64,000 bases of DNA, taken from NCBI GenBank assembly GCA_963833425.1, contig CAWHXP010000006.1, positions 111,031 through 175,030 on the forward strand, given 5' to 3'. Under the pieces are notes generated by a model, which had not been told where the DNA came from, ran no database searches, and saw nothing but the letters and a program-made list of their open reading frames with translations. This DNA is from an uncultured Methanosarcinaceae archaeon (GTDB taxonomy: Archaea > Halobacteriota > Methanosarcinia > Methanosarcinales > Methanosarcinaceae). A program made the translations under genes and the position numbers. Positions 34,296 to 45,369 of the stretch are shown piece by piece (position 1 is the first letter of the stretch; each line of letters starts with the position of its first letter).

Positions 34296-36053
34296 TTATT
34301 CATACCGATGTGGTGGTAGCAGTAGCCAGGTAATTCGCCCCACTTCATGCTCATTGTAAAGTTGACGAATGACAATCTTCTGTGGCGTTTGGTGCAACTC
34401 TGTCGGGATTTGTACAAGCATATGGCTTGCGGCCACAGTCCCGGCTGGCAATTCGATTCGGCCAAGATTATGACTGCCTTGTGGATGCACCGGTATACGC
34501 AAGCGTTGTAGGTTCCCTGGATCCGTTTCCGTGTCCTGGTACTTCTCCATCCGCGAAGGAAGTGGTTCCAGCCCATTGCCAATCCAATGTGGAACTTGCA
34601 GGGCAAGATTGCTTTTCACGGGGAGTTCGGCGTGTGTTTCCAGGGTAAAGGTATGTGGTTGGTCCCAAGCTCCTGTGATGTGAAAGGGCAGAGGAGTGAA
34701 GTTGTTCCAGGGTGGCTTGGGTGAAGGGTGCAGACTCGGAAAGACAACATTGAAATTGCGCCACGTTATGTTATTGTTAGCATAAATATAGTCCACGAAG
34801 TCATTGAAGGTCGCAAAATTCGATGGATTGGGCGCTGGTGCATCGGCATTTCCTACCGTAGCGACGAAACAATAGTGGCCTGCACCGGGAACTCGATCTG
34901 CCGGCCAGATAATACCGGGATCGGAAACTTCAACTACGCTTCCTGCCGGTACGTCCGGATAATATGCGGAGCCGATAAGGTTCCATAGGTTCGGAGTTAC
35001 CAGCGTTGCTGGCGGCGACCAGTAGACCGTTGCAAAGACATTGGATGCATCCGATCCTCGGTTCCAGGCACGCACATAAACGTAATTGGCCTGTCCTGTG
35101 ACGACATTAGTGTCGCTCTCTGTATCGCTGTTGATTGATACTGAGGTTGAGAAGGTCGTCTGAGGATCAGAAACCGGATTGTTTTTTAGGATGATGTCTG
35201 GGCTATCAGATAGAGATCCAGTATGGGACGTACCATCATCGGCAAGGTTGTGGCGGGTAAAGAGAACCGGAACCTGCAGGGGCTTTGCGCCCAGCGGGAA
35301 GGGATCGTCGGTCGGTTCGGGAGACTGACCCAAACTGGTTGGCTGAGATGGCAGACTCGTGCCGGGTGGTATGTAAGTTTCAATCAGCGTCGAAAAATTC
35401 GGCCATGGGTTTTGCACCCCAAGAATCTCGGCGGTTTCGGCGAGAGTGTTTTTCGTTGGGCCCCCAGCTCCGATGATGTCCGGCCAACGCAGTTTCACCT
35501 GATAGGCAAGGTAGTTCAAAAATAGTGATCCGCAACCTATAGAGACATAATCCTGATCGGTATGAAAGACGTTGTCAACCCAGTTCGATCGTGCCGGGTT
35601 TTGCGATGTCGAAACACCATTGAGCCAAGAATCACCTGTGCAAAACAGCCAAGCTCGGTTGGGATAGAGAATCTGGCCACAAACACGCGAGAGAGCTTCG
35701 CCATTGCTCCAAGAGGGAATCCAGCCTTTTGTCTGTTGATTCATAAAGATCTCGGCTTCTTCGGCGGCCACCAACCCAGGCAACCCCAATGGCTCAGTGC
35801 TCAGATTGCAGTAGCAGTAAATATTATTCAAAAGGTCGTTGCTGGCTCCCCCATTACCTGGAACGAGTTGGATCTTGATCGGAAGTGACGATGGCATGAT
35901 ATTGCCGAACAGTTTGCTGAGTCGCGCAAGATCATACTCACAATAATCGAGTACGCCTTGTGCCAACGCAACGCCGTCCGGTTGTCCACTACCGGTAAAA
36001 GAACTGTCATACAAAACAACGAAATTCTTGGTAGTTCCGTAATTTATCATCAT
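34296..36053 (-). CDS. Hypothetical two-domain protein, GC-rich and foreign-looking
   Basis: Intact 585-aa ORF with AAGGAG RBS; C-terminal SPDI...NYVYVRAWNRG...GHYCFVA...NNITWRNF beta-rich module. Confidence 0.8.
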   Translation of the reverse strand: MMINYGTTKNFVVLYDSSFTGSGQPDGVALAQGVLDYCEYDLARLSKLFGNIMPSSLPIKIQLVPGNGGASNDLLNNIYCYCNLSTEPLGLPGLVAAEEAEIFMNQQTKGWIPSWSNGEALSRVCGQILYPNRAWLFCTGDSWLNGVSTSQNPARSNWVDNVFHTDQDYVSIGCGSLFLNYLAYQVKLRWPDIIGAGGPTKNTLAETAEILGVQNPWPNFSTLIETYIPPGTSLPSQPTSLGQSPEPTDDPFPLGAKPLQVPVLFTRHNLADDGTSHTGSLSDSPDIILKNNPVSDPQTTFSTSVSINSDTESDTNVVTGQANYVYVRAWNRGSDASNVFATVYWSPPATLVTPNLWNLIGSAYYPDVPAGSVVEVSDPGIIWPADRVPGAGHYCFVATVGNADAPAPNPSNFATFNDFVDYIYANNNITWRNFNVVFPSLHPSPKPPWNNFTPLPFHITGAWDQPHTFTLETHAELPVKSNLALQVPHWIGNGLEPLPSRMEKYQDTETDPGNLQRLRIPVHPQGSHNLGRIELPAGTVAASHMLVQIPTELHQTPQKIVIRQLYNEHEVGRITWLLLPPHRYE

Positions 36054-36676
36054 GATTGACTCTCCTTGTATCAGAAATTCCGTTACTAGATTGCTAACAG
36101 GCTCGATGTAAATCGCTACCGCAGCATTATTGAGTGGATGATTTCTGCTTAGGTGTGCTCAGCAATTATTTCAGAACACTATTGGATGTCCGTCGAAATA
36201 CACAAAATTCACTGATTTGTGAAAAAAGTATAATTTTTAATCTATATAAATAGTAGTTCCGATTTTGCTGTATTTCCAAAGAACTGGTAGCCCACTTTCA
36301 TAGAGTTTATATTATATTAATAAACTATAATTATATCTATGGAAAAAGGATCCAAAGCACCGTTTACTGAAGTTGCTTTCCAATTGCAGAAATTATCTTA
36401 ATGCCACTACCATTTGCTGTTGCATACACTTCATTGGTTACATTACCGGAAAAGAATAGTACTGCCCGGAGTGACAGGGAAAAATCTTGTGTAGATAGAT
36501 GTTGTTGTAACACTTTGACCTGGATTAAGACTAGTAATTTCGGGTATGGAGAGATTGAAGGCATTTTGCTGAGTCTCATCGGGTATATTGAAGTCTAAAA
36601 CGAACCGATCGAAAAGATTGAAGAATAATGGTAGCATTTTATTCAGAATTTTTTTTCTTATTATTAGATCAAAATA

Positions 36677-37175
36677 ATGAATTATAATTTTCAACCCATG
36701 AGCGTCTTTAATTTGAGATTTCACATAACAAAAATGGCATACTGCCAATCTAGTTTAAATAAGTTAAATCACACTATAAATAGAAAAATGAGATATCTTA
36801 GGCTTTATGATTGTTCGTTTATGTCTATTTCTTATTGCAATTGTGTCTTCCGTTATTATATTCCCAATAGTTCCCAATTATTCCCGCTATTTTCCCATTA
36901 TATTCCCATTAAAAATAATATAAAAACAATAACAAGGGGATTAAAATCATAAAAAAAAGGTGGATTATTTTCCCAAAATAAAAAAATGATATAGGATTTC
37001 ATAAAGTAATATCCAAAATATTAGAATGTCAAAAAGTGTAATTTTCTATTTCTTTCTTGCATTTTGGGGGTTTTGGGAACAAAATGCCAACTGATTACGT
37101 TTTAATGGGAAAATAATGGGAATATTTTGGAAAAAAAGGGAAAATTGGGGAATAAAATAATCAGTTGCCGTTGTG
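36677..37175. repeat. Iteron/ori-like element copy 2
   Basis: TTCCC at 36861/71/81/92/36903; GGGAA(-like) at 37107/18/28/38/48; AT-rich core between. Confidence 0.88.
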
Positions 37176-37181
37176 CATAGA

Positions 37182-37260
37182 TCAAGTATCCTTCAGGAAG
37201 ATAAATTCCTTATCAAATAAGGACCATAAATTAAACTTTGATGTATCTATGCTGAACTTA
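37182..37260 (-). pseudogene. Extreme 3' remnant of the rep-like gene
   Basis: Reads KFSIDTSKFNLWSLFDKEFIFLKDT*, matching the ends of 47625..47948 and 56109..56333. Confidence 0.8.
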
Positions 37261-37874
37261 GTGGGATAAATGGTTTAGACCGTATCTTTGGTAGATGATT
37301 TTGGTGACCGTGGTGAGTATGGCAGCTGTCGTGATAGATCCCATGACATAGACAATGGCGGATTATGTGGATTTGTAGGTCGTATTGATTTATTTGATTG
37401 TCTTTCATTAATTATATACATTTTATTTCTATCATTAGATTTTATTCGGAATTATTTGGCATTTTTACTGACTAAATCTAATTAATTTTGGGATTTACTT
37501 GGTAATTTATAGCCAAGCTTGGTAATTGTTTGATCTAAAATTGAAACACATTGATCTTTATGCTTTAAGTCAATCAGGCCAATTTTTAACAGAAGCGATA
37601 ATCAAAGGACTTGGGTTAGTCCAGACTATGCAGGAAGCAACCAATAACAGTAATGAGAAATTATATCTATTAGCGCTGCAAGAAGCCAGGATCAGAGAGC
37701 CGTAAGGCAAAGCAAAATCAAAGATAACGTATAAATGTCAAAGATAATGATGAACTCTAATAAGCGAGAATAGATGCTGAGAACTCCAATCAAAGTACTT
37801 CACGGCCAGATGAGCATTAAGGATGAACACCTGCACACCAATGACGAGCAGGTAGAAAAGCTAAATGAGAACAT

Positions 37875-38795
37875 TCAGTTATCTGTTTCGAAACTTATCA
37901 TAATTACTGAAAATAATATCAAAATAGCACCAATAATTTGCCAAAATTTAAGTGATTCTTGTAGAACTAAAGCCCCCATTAATAAAACGCTAATTGGTTC
38001 GACCAGTAACAATATTCCAGCTTGTGATGCTTTTAATCGTTCTAATCCTTTATTAAGGAGGACATAAGGTAAAAATGTAGCAATAACACTTAAACCAACT
38101 AATAAAATCAATGCATTAGAAGGTAATGTAGTTCTAAAATTTATAATAAGTTTTTCACTTGTAATTAGTTTTATTATTAACCAACTGGGAAATAGCCACA
38201 TCAATGCAGGAATAAATGACCAAAATGTTGTTGCTACAAAACTATATTCCTTTTTAACTCCTACATAACGACCTGAAATTATATATGAAGCATAGAAAAA
38301 ACCATTTAGAATTGCTAGAAAATAACCTATAAGTTGTTTATTTGCAACTGTATTGATCATCCATATTTGCAAAATCAATGCAACTCCAATAAGTGACAGA
38401 AAAGCTGACGTTAATCGTGTAAATGTGATTTTCTCATCTAAAATATATTTGCTCAATATTATTACAAAAAAAGGCTGGGTGTATGTCAAAAAGACTGCTT
38501 CACTTGCTAAAATTCCCAGTGATATTGAAGATAAATATGTCAAATGCGACATTGTTATAAAAAAACCAAAACAAATAAAAGTAGAAACATCTGTTTTTTT
38601 TAACTTAATTAATTTATATCCATTAAATATCAATATTAAACATAATAATATTAGTATAGAAATGGCTAGCCTAAAAAAAACTTGTTGAAATGATGACACT
38701 TCAAATAGGCGCAAAAATACTGAGAATATTGGAATCGTCCCAAAAAGGAAACCACTCAACAAAATTTCTATTCTGCTATTATTTTTAGAGTTCAT
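37875..38795 (-). CDS. EamA/DMT family transporter
   Basis: About 10 hydrophobic segments in two EamA repeats; QPFFV, EKIT, VEPIS, GAILIL. Confidence 0.9.
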   Translation of the reverse strand: MNSKNNSRIEILLSGFLFGTIPIFSVFLRLFEVSSFQQVFFRLAISILILLCLILIFNGYKLIKLKKTDVSTFICFGFFITMSHLTYLSSISLGILASEAVFLTYTQPFFVIILSKYILDEKITFTRLTSAFLSLIGVALILQIWMINTVANKQLIGYFLAILNGFFYASYIISGRYVGVKKEYSFVATTFWSFIPALMWLFPSWLIIKLITSEKLIINFRTTLPSNALILLVGLSVIATFLPYVLLNKGLERLKASQAGILLLVEPISVLLMGALVLQESLKFWQIIGAILILFSVIMISFETDN

Positions 38796-39118
38796 TTAAT
38801 CTTCCAAATATTATTATAATATTTGTTTAAATTATTACTTACAAGATTTATTAATTCTACTAGATGTGGGATTTAGATCCTATTTGAAAAATCATAATAA
38901 TTAATCAGTCTTGTTTGTCTACACAAAGTTGCAGGAATCTCTGACCAACTAAGCAAATAGGCTGCCGAACAAGTCGATGGTTACCTATGCTACCGTTCGG
39001 TAATGAATATTTAAAAGAAACGAGAATCAAATTAGAGTATGAATTTCAAGAGCTAATTTGAGATCATATGCTTAAATACATACTTAAATAAAAGTAATAT
39101 TATAAAATGTATGAAGAT

Positions 39119-39470
39119 CGATTGTGGGGAGATTTAAGGCACTTTTTCGAGTGAGCTAGGGCATTAACTTAAAATTAATTATTAGCATGTTGTAGGGCCT
39201 GAGATTAATTTATTTATTGAATAGTATTAAACAGCTACCTTATGTTGTAATTGCGAGATATGGAACATGTAATTTAAATTACTAATTAGTTTAAGGTTCA
39301 CTATTTAGAGTATGTGGAAAAAATATATAATAAATTAAATTTAGTCCTAATTCAAAGGTCTACCCTCCCTTCAACCAATCCTTCTATGGACTGCAGGCAC
39401 TGATTTACTTGCAGTTCATAAAGATCAACTTTTTAAATATTCCTGATCAGGATAAATCCTTAAAGTCCGT
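39119..39470 (+). ncRNA. Repeated TATA-hairpin-U-tract element, copy 2
   Basis: Shares CGATTGTGGGGAGATTTAAGGCACTTT with 32513; TATATAA 39324; stem 39390-39415; T-run 39430. Confidence 0.45.
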
Positions 39471-39901
39471 ATAAATCTGTTTCTGCTTATTTTTGTAGTA
39501 TTAATGTTGGAGATATAGTAGGAACCTACAGCGTCTCATTATTGAAGTGTAGAACCCTGTAAAAGCTATCAGGGAAACAACCAATTTTCAGGGAGACGTT
39601 TTCACAAAACCTGTTGCTAAAGCAATGATTGCAATCACTCCAAACGCAGTTCGAAAAAGGAGAGCAAAGCCACCTACATTTTCTTCCAGAAACAATATTT
39701 TGAGATCCGTCGGATAAACCCCCTTATAATTCGTCCTATTCATATATTATATATCACTTATACAGTGTCTATAATGTATAGTGTTATTCTGTTTTGATAT
39801 GTTCCTGCTCTGTTTGTATTAGGTCTATCAAGAAGAAATGATTATAGGGTTACTTAGGGCATTTTCTAGAGATTTTCTTTCGATAGTTGCATATATTTTG
39901 T

Positions 39902-40963
39902 TCATGAACCGATGTTTTTGGCCTCTTTAAGGTTTTTTTCCTTCAAAGCTTGCTTTATTGGAGGGGTAATAAGGGGCTTTTCTTTGATCAATCCATCGGG
40001 TTTGTAGTAGAGTATCATCAGCATTATCATTCCAAACAATATATATTCAAGCCAGGTGGCTTCGAAAGGTAGCTGGAGTATGCTCCTGATCTCAAATTTA
40101 TATACAGTTAGGGAGACCTTTGTGAGAACAAAAAAGAGTACTCCCAGTGCTACACCCTTATTATTTCCCCTGCCTCCTAAAAGAACCATGAGGAATGGAA
40201 AAAATGTCCATTCAACCCTGGAGAAAGTGGAAGCTATAACATTCATGCTGTAAAAGGAATACAGTGCTCCAGCTAGTGCTGCTATGCTCGAACCCAGAGC
40301 TGCAGTCTTCATTCTGAGAACAAGAATATCCTTGCCAAAAGCCCGAACGACGTCTTCGTTTTCCCTCATTGCCTTCAAAAGCCTGCCGTAGGGTGAGGTG
40401 AGAATTTTGTCTACAAAAAGATAAACTATTAGCGCTGTACCAAAGATCAGAAGTGTAACATAAATGATCCGCCACTCTCCTGGTATCCATGCTAATACAT
40501 TAGGAACGCTTACACCATAATAGCCCCCTATTATGGAGGTATCGTAATTTGAGACTTGATATAGAACCTCACTCATTGCAAGTAGAGCAATTGAAAGGTA
40601 CTCATTTTTTAGTTTTGCGCTAGGAAGGATGAAAAGAATACCCGCCATAGCGCCTATAAAAGCAGCTAACAGAAGAGAGAGTACAAGAATGCACATTCCC
40701 AAAAGCGGATTGTGGGAAATCATCGTATTCATGGTGCTCTTAACAATTCCGCTTGCTTCTACAATTTCTCCATCTAAGCCCAAAAGGAGCATGAGAACAT
40801 GATTCATAACATACCCAACAGTTATGGCTCCGATAAGAACAGCCATAGCTCTACCAAAATTGGGAATGCCAGCGTAACCATACTCAACATTCAGGCTGAG
40901 TGCAACTATGAGGTATATGGAGAACCATAGTACTATATCTAAGAAGAAGTATGCCATCTCCAC
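39902..40963 (-). CDS. Branched-chain amino acid ABC transporter permease (LivM-like)
   Basis: SLNVEYGYAGIPNFG, SPYGRLLKAMRENE, YKPDGL. Confidence 0.9.
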   Translation of the reverse strand: MEMAYFFLDIVLWFSIYLIVALSLNVEYGYAGIPNFGRAMAVLIGAITVGYVMNHVLMLLLGLDGEIVEASGIVKSTMNTMISHNPLLGMCILVLSLLLAAFIGAMAGILFILPSAKLKNEYLSIALLAMSEVLYQVSNYDTSIIGGYYGVSVPNVLAWIPGEWRIIYVTLLIFGTALIVYLFVDKILTSPYGRLLKAMRENEDVVRAFGKDILVLRMKTAALGSSIAALAGALYSFYSMNVIASTFSRVEWTFFPFLMVLLGGRGNNKGVALGVLFFVLTKVSLTVYKFEIRSILQLPFEATWLEYILFGMIMLMILYYKPDGLIKEKPLITPPIKQALKEKNLKEAKNIGS

Positions 40964-41874
40964 TTTTTATTCCTCCATATACTCAGCCCTGCAATTCCCA
41001 TGGGAGCGATTATTAAAGTTATCACGAGCATAATAAGGGAAACCACTTTGCTATATACCAGAATACCAGATCCTAAAAAAGTTGATAGATAAAAAGTTAC
41101 AAGCGATTCCGACATTCCTATAATATACCCTCCAGCCAAGGCACCGTAGATGCTACTCAAACCGCCCACGACGCTTGCCGCAAAAATGGAGACTATTATT
41201 ATTGTTCCAGTTAAAGGTTCTATCTCTTGACGGAAAGGCAACATGCTCCCCGCAACGGCGGCTAAGGAGCCGGAGAGGAACCAGGAAAACAGGCGGGTAT
41301 GCTCTACATTCACCCCCATTATTTCAGCCAGAGTTGGATTTTCCATAGAAGCCCGCAAAGCTATGCCGAATTTCGTTCTGTAAAGGAGCAAAAACAAGGC
41401 TAGAAGTAGCAATAAAATTATAAAACTTGAAATAACAAGTACTGCTTCTATACCAAAGAGTTTGAAATCGATGGGCGTGAAAATGAACTTTGTCGTTGCC
41501 ATTCGAGTGATGCTACCCAATGTTTCAGAGTATGCACCAAGTATGCCGATAAATATTATATCTACAGCCAGGGTGGCAATCATAAGCATGACCACTGTCG
41601 CCTCTTTTTTTATCATTGGTTTGATAATCAGTACGTAGATCCCCACTCCAATCACACCTCCGAAAATGAAGGAGAGGGGGAGGGAGTAATAAGGATGCAC
41701 CCCTAATATACGCCACAAAGTCAAGGAGAGATATGAACCGAATACGGCCATACTTCCTTGTGCAAAATTGGGTATGCCTGTGGTGATATAAGTGATCGTT
41801 AAACCTATGCTCAAAAGAACTAGAAGGTTTGAGTAAACAACTGCTCCTTCTAAAACGGCCATGTTATCCCCCAC
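40939..41874 (-). CDS. Branched-chain amino acid ABC transporter permease (LivH-like)
   Basis: SIGLTITY...NFAQG, TKFGIALRASMENPTLAEIMGVN, VVGGLSSIYGA. Confidence 0.9.
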   Translation of the reverse strand: MGDNMAVLEGAVVYSNLLVLLSIGLTITYITTGIPNFAQGSMAVFGSYLSLTLWRILGVHPYYSLPLSFIFGGVIGVGIYVLIIKPMIKKEATVVMLMIATLAVDIIFIGILGAYSETLGSITRMATTKFIFTPIDFKLFGIEAVLVISSFIILLLLLALFLLLYRTKFGIALRASMENPTLAEIMGVNVEHTRLFSWFLSGSLAAVAGSMLPFRQEIEPLTGTIIIVSIFAASVVGGLSSIYGALAGGYIIGMSESLVTFYLSTFLGSGILVYSKVVSLIMLVITLIIAPMGIAGLSIWRNKKWRWHTSS

Positions 41875-42254
41875 ACATTAAAGTATATAAAATTGTCTTA
41901 TGGTTTAGAAAATAAATATTTACACTTCAATAATTTTTTCGTTTATAGTAAATTCACAAATTAATTCATTTATATTCGATTAAGACATAAAATACTAAAA
42001 AATGTTATTTTTATGCTAAGTATATCTACCATTCAAGTTAAAAAATAACCACACTTGGTATTCAAAGTTGTGCATAAAATTCATTAACCTATGACAAATG
42101 CAAATCGATTACACATTTGAGCAACATATCTGGCATATAACTTGATTTATAACGTGAAAATATTTTTTTGTGCTTACCATGAAGATGAAAAAATTTAGTT
42201 ATGGGACTATAGATAAGAAGAGCTAAAGTATAAAAAAGTGAGGATGTATAGAAT

Positions 42255-43523
42255 ATGAGAGGATGGTTTAAGTTTGCTGCAGCGGTGATAGCTACTGTAC
42301 TCATCGCTGGTTGTGTGCAGCCGGGAGAAAAAGCTCCTACGAAAGCTGAGGTCGAGGTTCCACTTGGTGTACTTATGGATCTTTCTGGACCGCTGACCAC
42401 ACATGGTGAGGACATTAAAAACACGGTTACAATTGCCGCTGAAGATATAAATAAAAAATTTGAAAAGGATGGAAAACCGTATAGGGTCAAGCTCTATGTT
42501 GAGGATACAAAGGCTGATCCAAAAATAGCCCTGGATAAGATCATGGCGTTGCATACACAGGGCGTGAAGCTTATCGTTGGACCACAGAGCAGTGGGGAAG
42601 TAAAGAATATTATCGGATATGTCGGATCGAACAAGATAATTGTAGCTTCTCCCTCCTCAACTGCAGAAACGAAGTATCTAGGTGTGACAGCGCCAGATGA
42701 GAAGAAGTATGTTTTCAGGTTCGTACCTACAGACTCTTTTCAGACTAAAGCTATAGCAAAGCTTGCTCATGAACTGGGTGTTAAGGCGGTAGTTATAACT
42801 TACATTAGCAACGCCTGGGGCAAAGGTCTGGAGGAATTCGGTAAGGAGGAATTTCAAAAGCAAGGAATCGAAGTAAAGAACTCAGTAGGATATCCCGACC
42901 CTACACCTGCGGACTTCACACCATACATAGCCACGATTGAAGGAAATGTAAATGATCTAATGAAAAACTACACCAAAGATCAGATTGCAGTTGTGGCTTT
43001 CAGCTACGAAGAAATTGCTACTATGCTTGCGCAGACGCAAGATAACTCAGTGCTGCTAAACGTCAAGTGGATAGGGTGCGATGGAATAACGAAAAGTAGC
43101 AAGATTGTAGCTGATGTTCCTGGGAAAGCGAACAAGATTAAACTTTACAGCACAGTCTCGGAAACAAGGGGTACAAAAGAATTCGATGATCTGAACAGTA
43201 CTTACCATCAGCGTATTGGCAGCTCGCCCATGAGCTACGGTTTGAATGCTTATGATGCAACATGGATACTGGCTCTATCCTTTGCGCAGGTATACGACAA
43301 ACAGGGTAAGTATAATGATGATGCTATAGCAGAGGCTGTGCCGAAGGTGACGGGTGAATATAGTGCGGGCAAGTATGGCATATATCCTGTGAGTGGCGCG
43401 ATAAAATTAAATGAATATAAAGATAGGATTGGCTTGGAGTATAAAATCTATGCCGTCTCTAATGGAAGCTGGAACGAACGTGGAGCATGGAAGTTTGCTA
43501 CGAATGAAATAAAGTGGAGTTGA
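42255..43523 (+). CDS. ABC transporter substrate-binding lipoprotein (LivK/LivJ-like)
   Basis: Lipobox LIAGC, DLSGPL, FRFVPTDSFQ, AYDA. Confidence 0.9.
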   Translation: MRGWFKFAAAVIATVLIAGCVQPGEKAPTKAEVEVPLGVLMDLSGPLTTHGEDIKNTVTIAAEDINKKFEKDGKPYRVKLYVEDTKADPKIALDKIMALHTQGVKLIVGPQSSGEVKNIIGYVGSNKIIVASPSSTAETKYLGVTAPDEKKYVFRFVPTDSFQTKAIAKLAHELGVKAVVITYISNAWGKGLEEFGKEEFQKQGIEVKNSVGYPDPTPADFTPYIATIEGNVNDLMKNYTKDQIAVVAFSYEEIATMLAQTQDNSVLLNVKWIGCDGITKSSKIVADVPGKANKIKLYSTVSETRGTKEFDDLNSTYHQRIGSSPMSYGLNAYDATWILALSFAQVYDKQGKYNDDAIAEAVPKVTGEYSAGKYGIYPVSGAIKLNEYKDRIGLEYKIYAVSNGSWNERGAWKFATNEIKWS

Positions 43524-43547
43524 TGGAAGCTGGAACGAACATGCAGT

Positions 43548-44321
43548 ATGGAAACGCACCAAGGACTAAATAAAGTCGAATTAACAACTCAAAAACTCAC
43601 AAAACGCTTCGGCGAACTTCAAGCTCTCGATGGGGTGAGTATAGAGATTAAAAATTGCATAACGTTAATAATCGGGCCTAACGGAGGCGGAAAGACCACA
43701 CTTATAAACACGGTTACTGGTTTCCTCAGTGCGGATGAAGGTGAAGTTTTTTTCAGGAAGAGGGAGATAACAGATCTTTCTCCTCACAAAATTTTTAAAC
43801 GTGGCATAGTAAGAACCTTCCAGACCCCCAAACCACTTCTAAAACTTACAGTTATTGAGAATCTGCTTATAGCGGAAGCAAATTATGGGGAAAGCATAAT
43901 TCAGAGCTTAGGTAAAAGCTGGCTTGCGAAAGAAGAGATGCTTGTAAAAAAAGCTTTTTCAGTTCTGGATTTCTTAGGTTTAGAGCACATGTGGAATGAG
44001 TTTGCAATGAACCTGAGTGGAGGGCAGCTAAGGCTTCTTGAGATAGGCAGAGCGCTCATGTGTCAGACGAAGCTTATTATTATGGATGAGCCTATTGCAG
44101 GCATAGCCCCTGATTTGTCCCATGTTATCCTTAAGAAGCTCAGAAAACTTTCAGAGATGGGGATTTCTTTTCTCATAGTGGAGCATCGGTTAGATATAGT
44201 TCTTGAATACGTTGACCATATTTACGTCATGGCAGGAGGAAGAATTATTGCTGAGGGTAGAAGTAAGGATATATTAGAACATCCGGAGGTTATAGAGGTG
44301 TATTTGGGTGCTCAGAGTTGA
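43548..44321 (+). CDS. ABC transporter ATP-binding protein (LivG-like)
   Basis: [30 protein letters not shown]. Confidence 0.92.
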   Translation: METHQGLNKVELTTQKLTKRFGELQALDGVSIEIKNCITLIIGPNGGGKTTLINTVTGFLSADEGEVFFRKREITDLSPHKIFKRGIVRTFQTPKPLLKLTVIENLLIAEANYGESIIQSLGKSWLAKEEMLVKKAFSVLDFLGLEHMWNEFAMNLSGGQLRLLEIGRALMCQTKLIIMDEPIAGIAPDLSHVILKKLRKLSEMGISFLIVEHRLDIVLEYVDHIYVMAGGRIIAEGRSKDILEHPEVIEVYLGAQS

Positions 44322-45012
44322 GAACTTTTTTGCAGGTTATAAGGAACTGCGCATCCTATTTGATATAAATGCCTTAGTGGAGAAAGGAAAGATTACTACA
44401 ATTGCAGGACCGAATGGCAGTGGAAAAAGTACGTTTTTAAAGTCTGTTTTTGGCCTTGTTACCATCCAGTCGGGCAGAGTTCTTTATAAAAGCGAGGACA
44501 TAACCCTAATTCCACCCCACAAAAAGACCAAGATAGGTATAGCTTACCTCCCACAGGTAGAGAACATTTTTACTAATCTAACAGTTGAAGAAAACCTCAG
44601 AATTGCTGGCTATACTCTTAAAAATGAGGAATACAAGGAGCGGCTGAATTTAGTAAAAGAGATATTTCCTGAGCTAAAAATGAGGTTAAAACAAAATGGA
44701 GGGTCATTAAGTGGTGGCGAGAGACAATTTCTTGCAATAGCCTCAGCTCTTATAAAAAAGGCAGAGCTTCTCATGCTTGATGAACCCACAGCCATGCTTT
44801 CGCCGAGACTTGCAAGTGATACATTCAAAAAAATTTTGGAAATAAAAGAAATGTTTGGACTTACAGTACTTATAGTGGAGCAAAACGTCAAAAAGGCCCT
44901 GGAAATAAGCGATAATGCATACATGCTGATGAATGGAAGGATCGTTTTTGAAGGCAAATCAGAAGAACTACTCAATCATGAAAAATTCGAAAGATTTTGC
45001 ATAGGAATTTAA
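44308..45012 (+). CDS. ABC transporter ATP-binding protein (LivF-like)
   Basis: [24 protein letters not shown]. Confidence 0.92.
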   Translation: MLRVENFFAGYKELRILFDINALVEKGKITTIAGPNGSGKSTFLKSVFGLVTIQSGRVLYKSEDITLIPPHKKTKIGIAYLPQVENIFTNLTVEENLRIAGYTLKNEEYKERLNLVKEIFPELKMRLKQNGGSLSGGERQFLAIASALIKKAELLMLDEPTAMLSPRLASDTFKKILEIKEMFGLTVLIVEQNVKKALEISDNAYMLMNGRIVFEGKSEELLNHEKFERFCIGI

Positions 45013-45286
45013 CCTAATGGCTATCGGCCGGTTTCAACTCGATAATAACTGTAATTAAGATAGTGATTTTTCCATCATGGAATGAAGACGGTAATTGCGG
45101 CAATTGTGGAGCTTGCGGTGCTTACGACCCAAGCGACAAAAAGAAGTTGCGAAAAGAAAGATGAAATAAGCTGGCTGGTAATTTTTGCACTGGCTTCATT
45201 TGCCTCTTTTTCGTTGGAGAACGGTTTCTTCGGTGGGTATGCCCTCCAGTTTTTTGTCCTTCTATAGTACTTTCTGCTTTCCGTAT

Positions 45287-45369
45287 AGAAAGAGCGTAGG
45301 GAAGTCCCAACGCAACATTGTCACCGATTTGGTGTGTTATTTCTGGAGTTAATTTTGTAGGTCTGCCAT
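45287..45369 (-). pseudogene. terS-like 5' remnant (copy 2)
   Basis: M-(fs)-RPTKLTPEITHQIGDNVALGLPYALS aligns to the N-terminus of 31615..32151; upstream sequence also similar. Confidence 0.75.

Noticed and set aside
36360..36600. Fragment resembling a cell-surface Ig-like repeat (SLNPGQSVT...GNVTNEVYATANG)
   Set aside because: Short, frameshifted, family not assignable
37560..37875. Broken + strand coiled-coil ORF (GQMSIKDEHLHTNDEQVEKLNENIQ)
   Set aside because: Probably a decayed mobile-element gene, but single-copy and too degenerate to call
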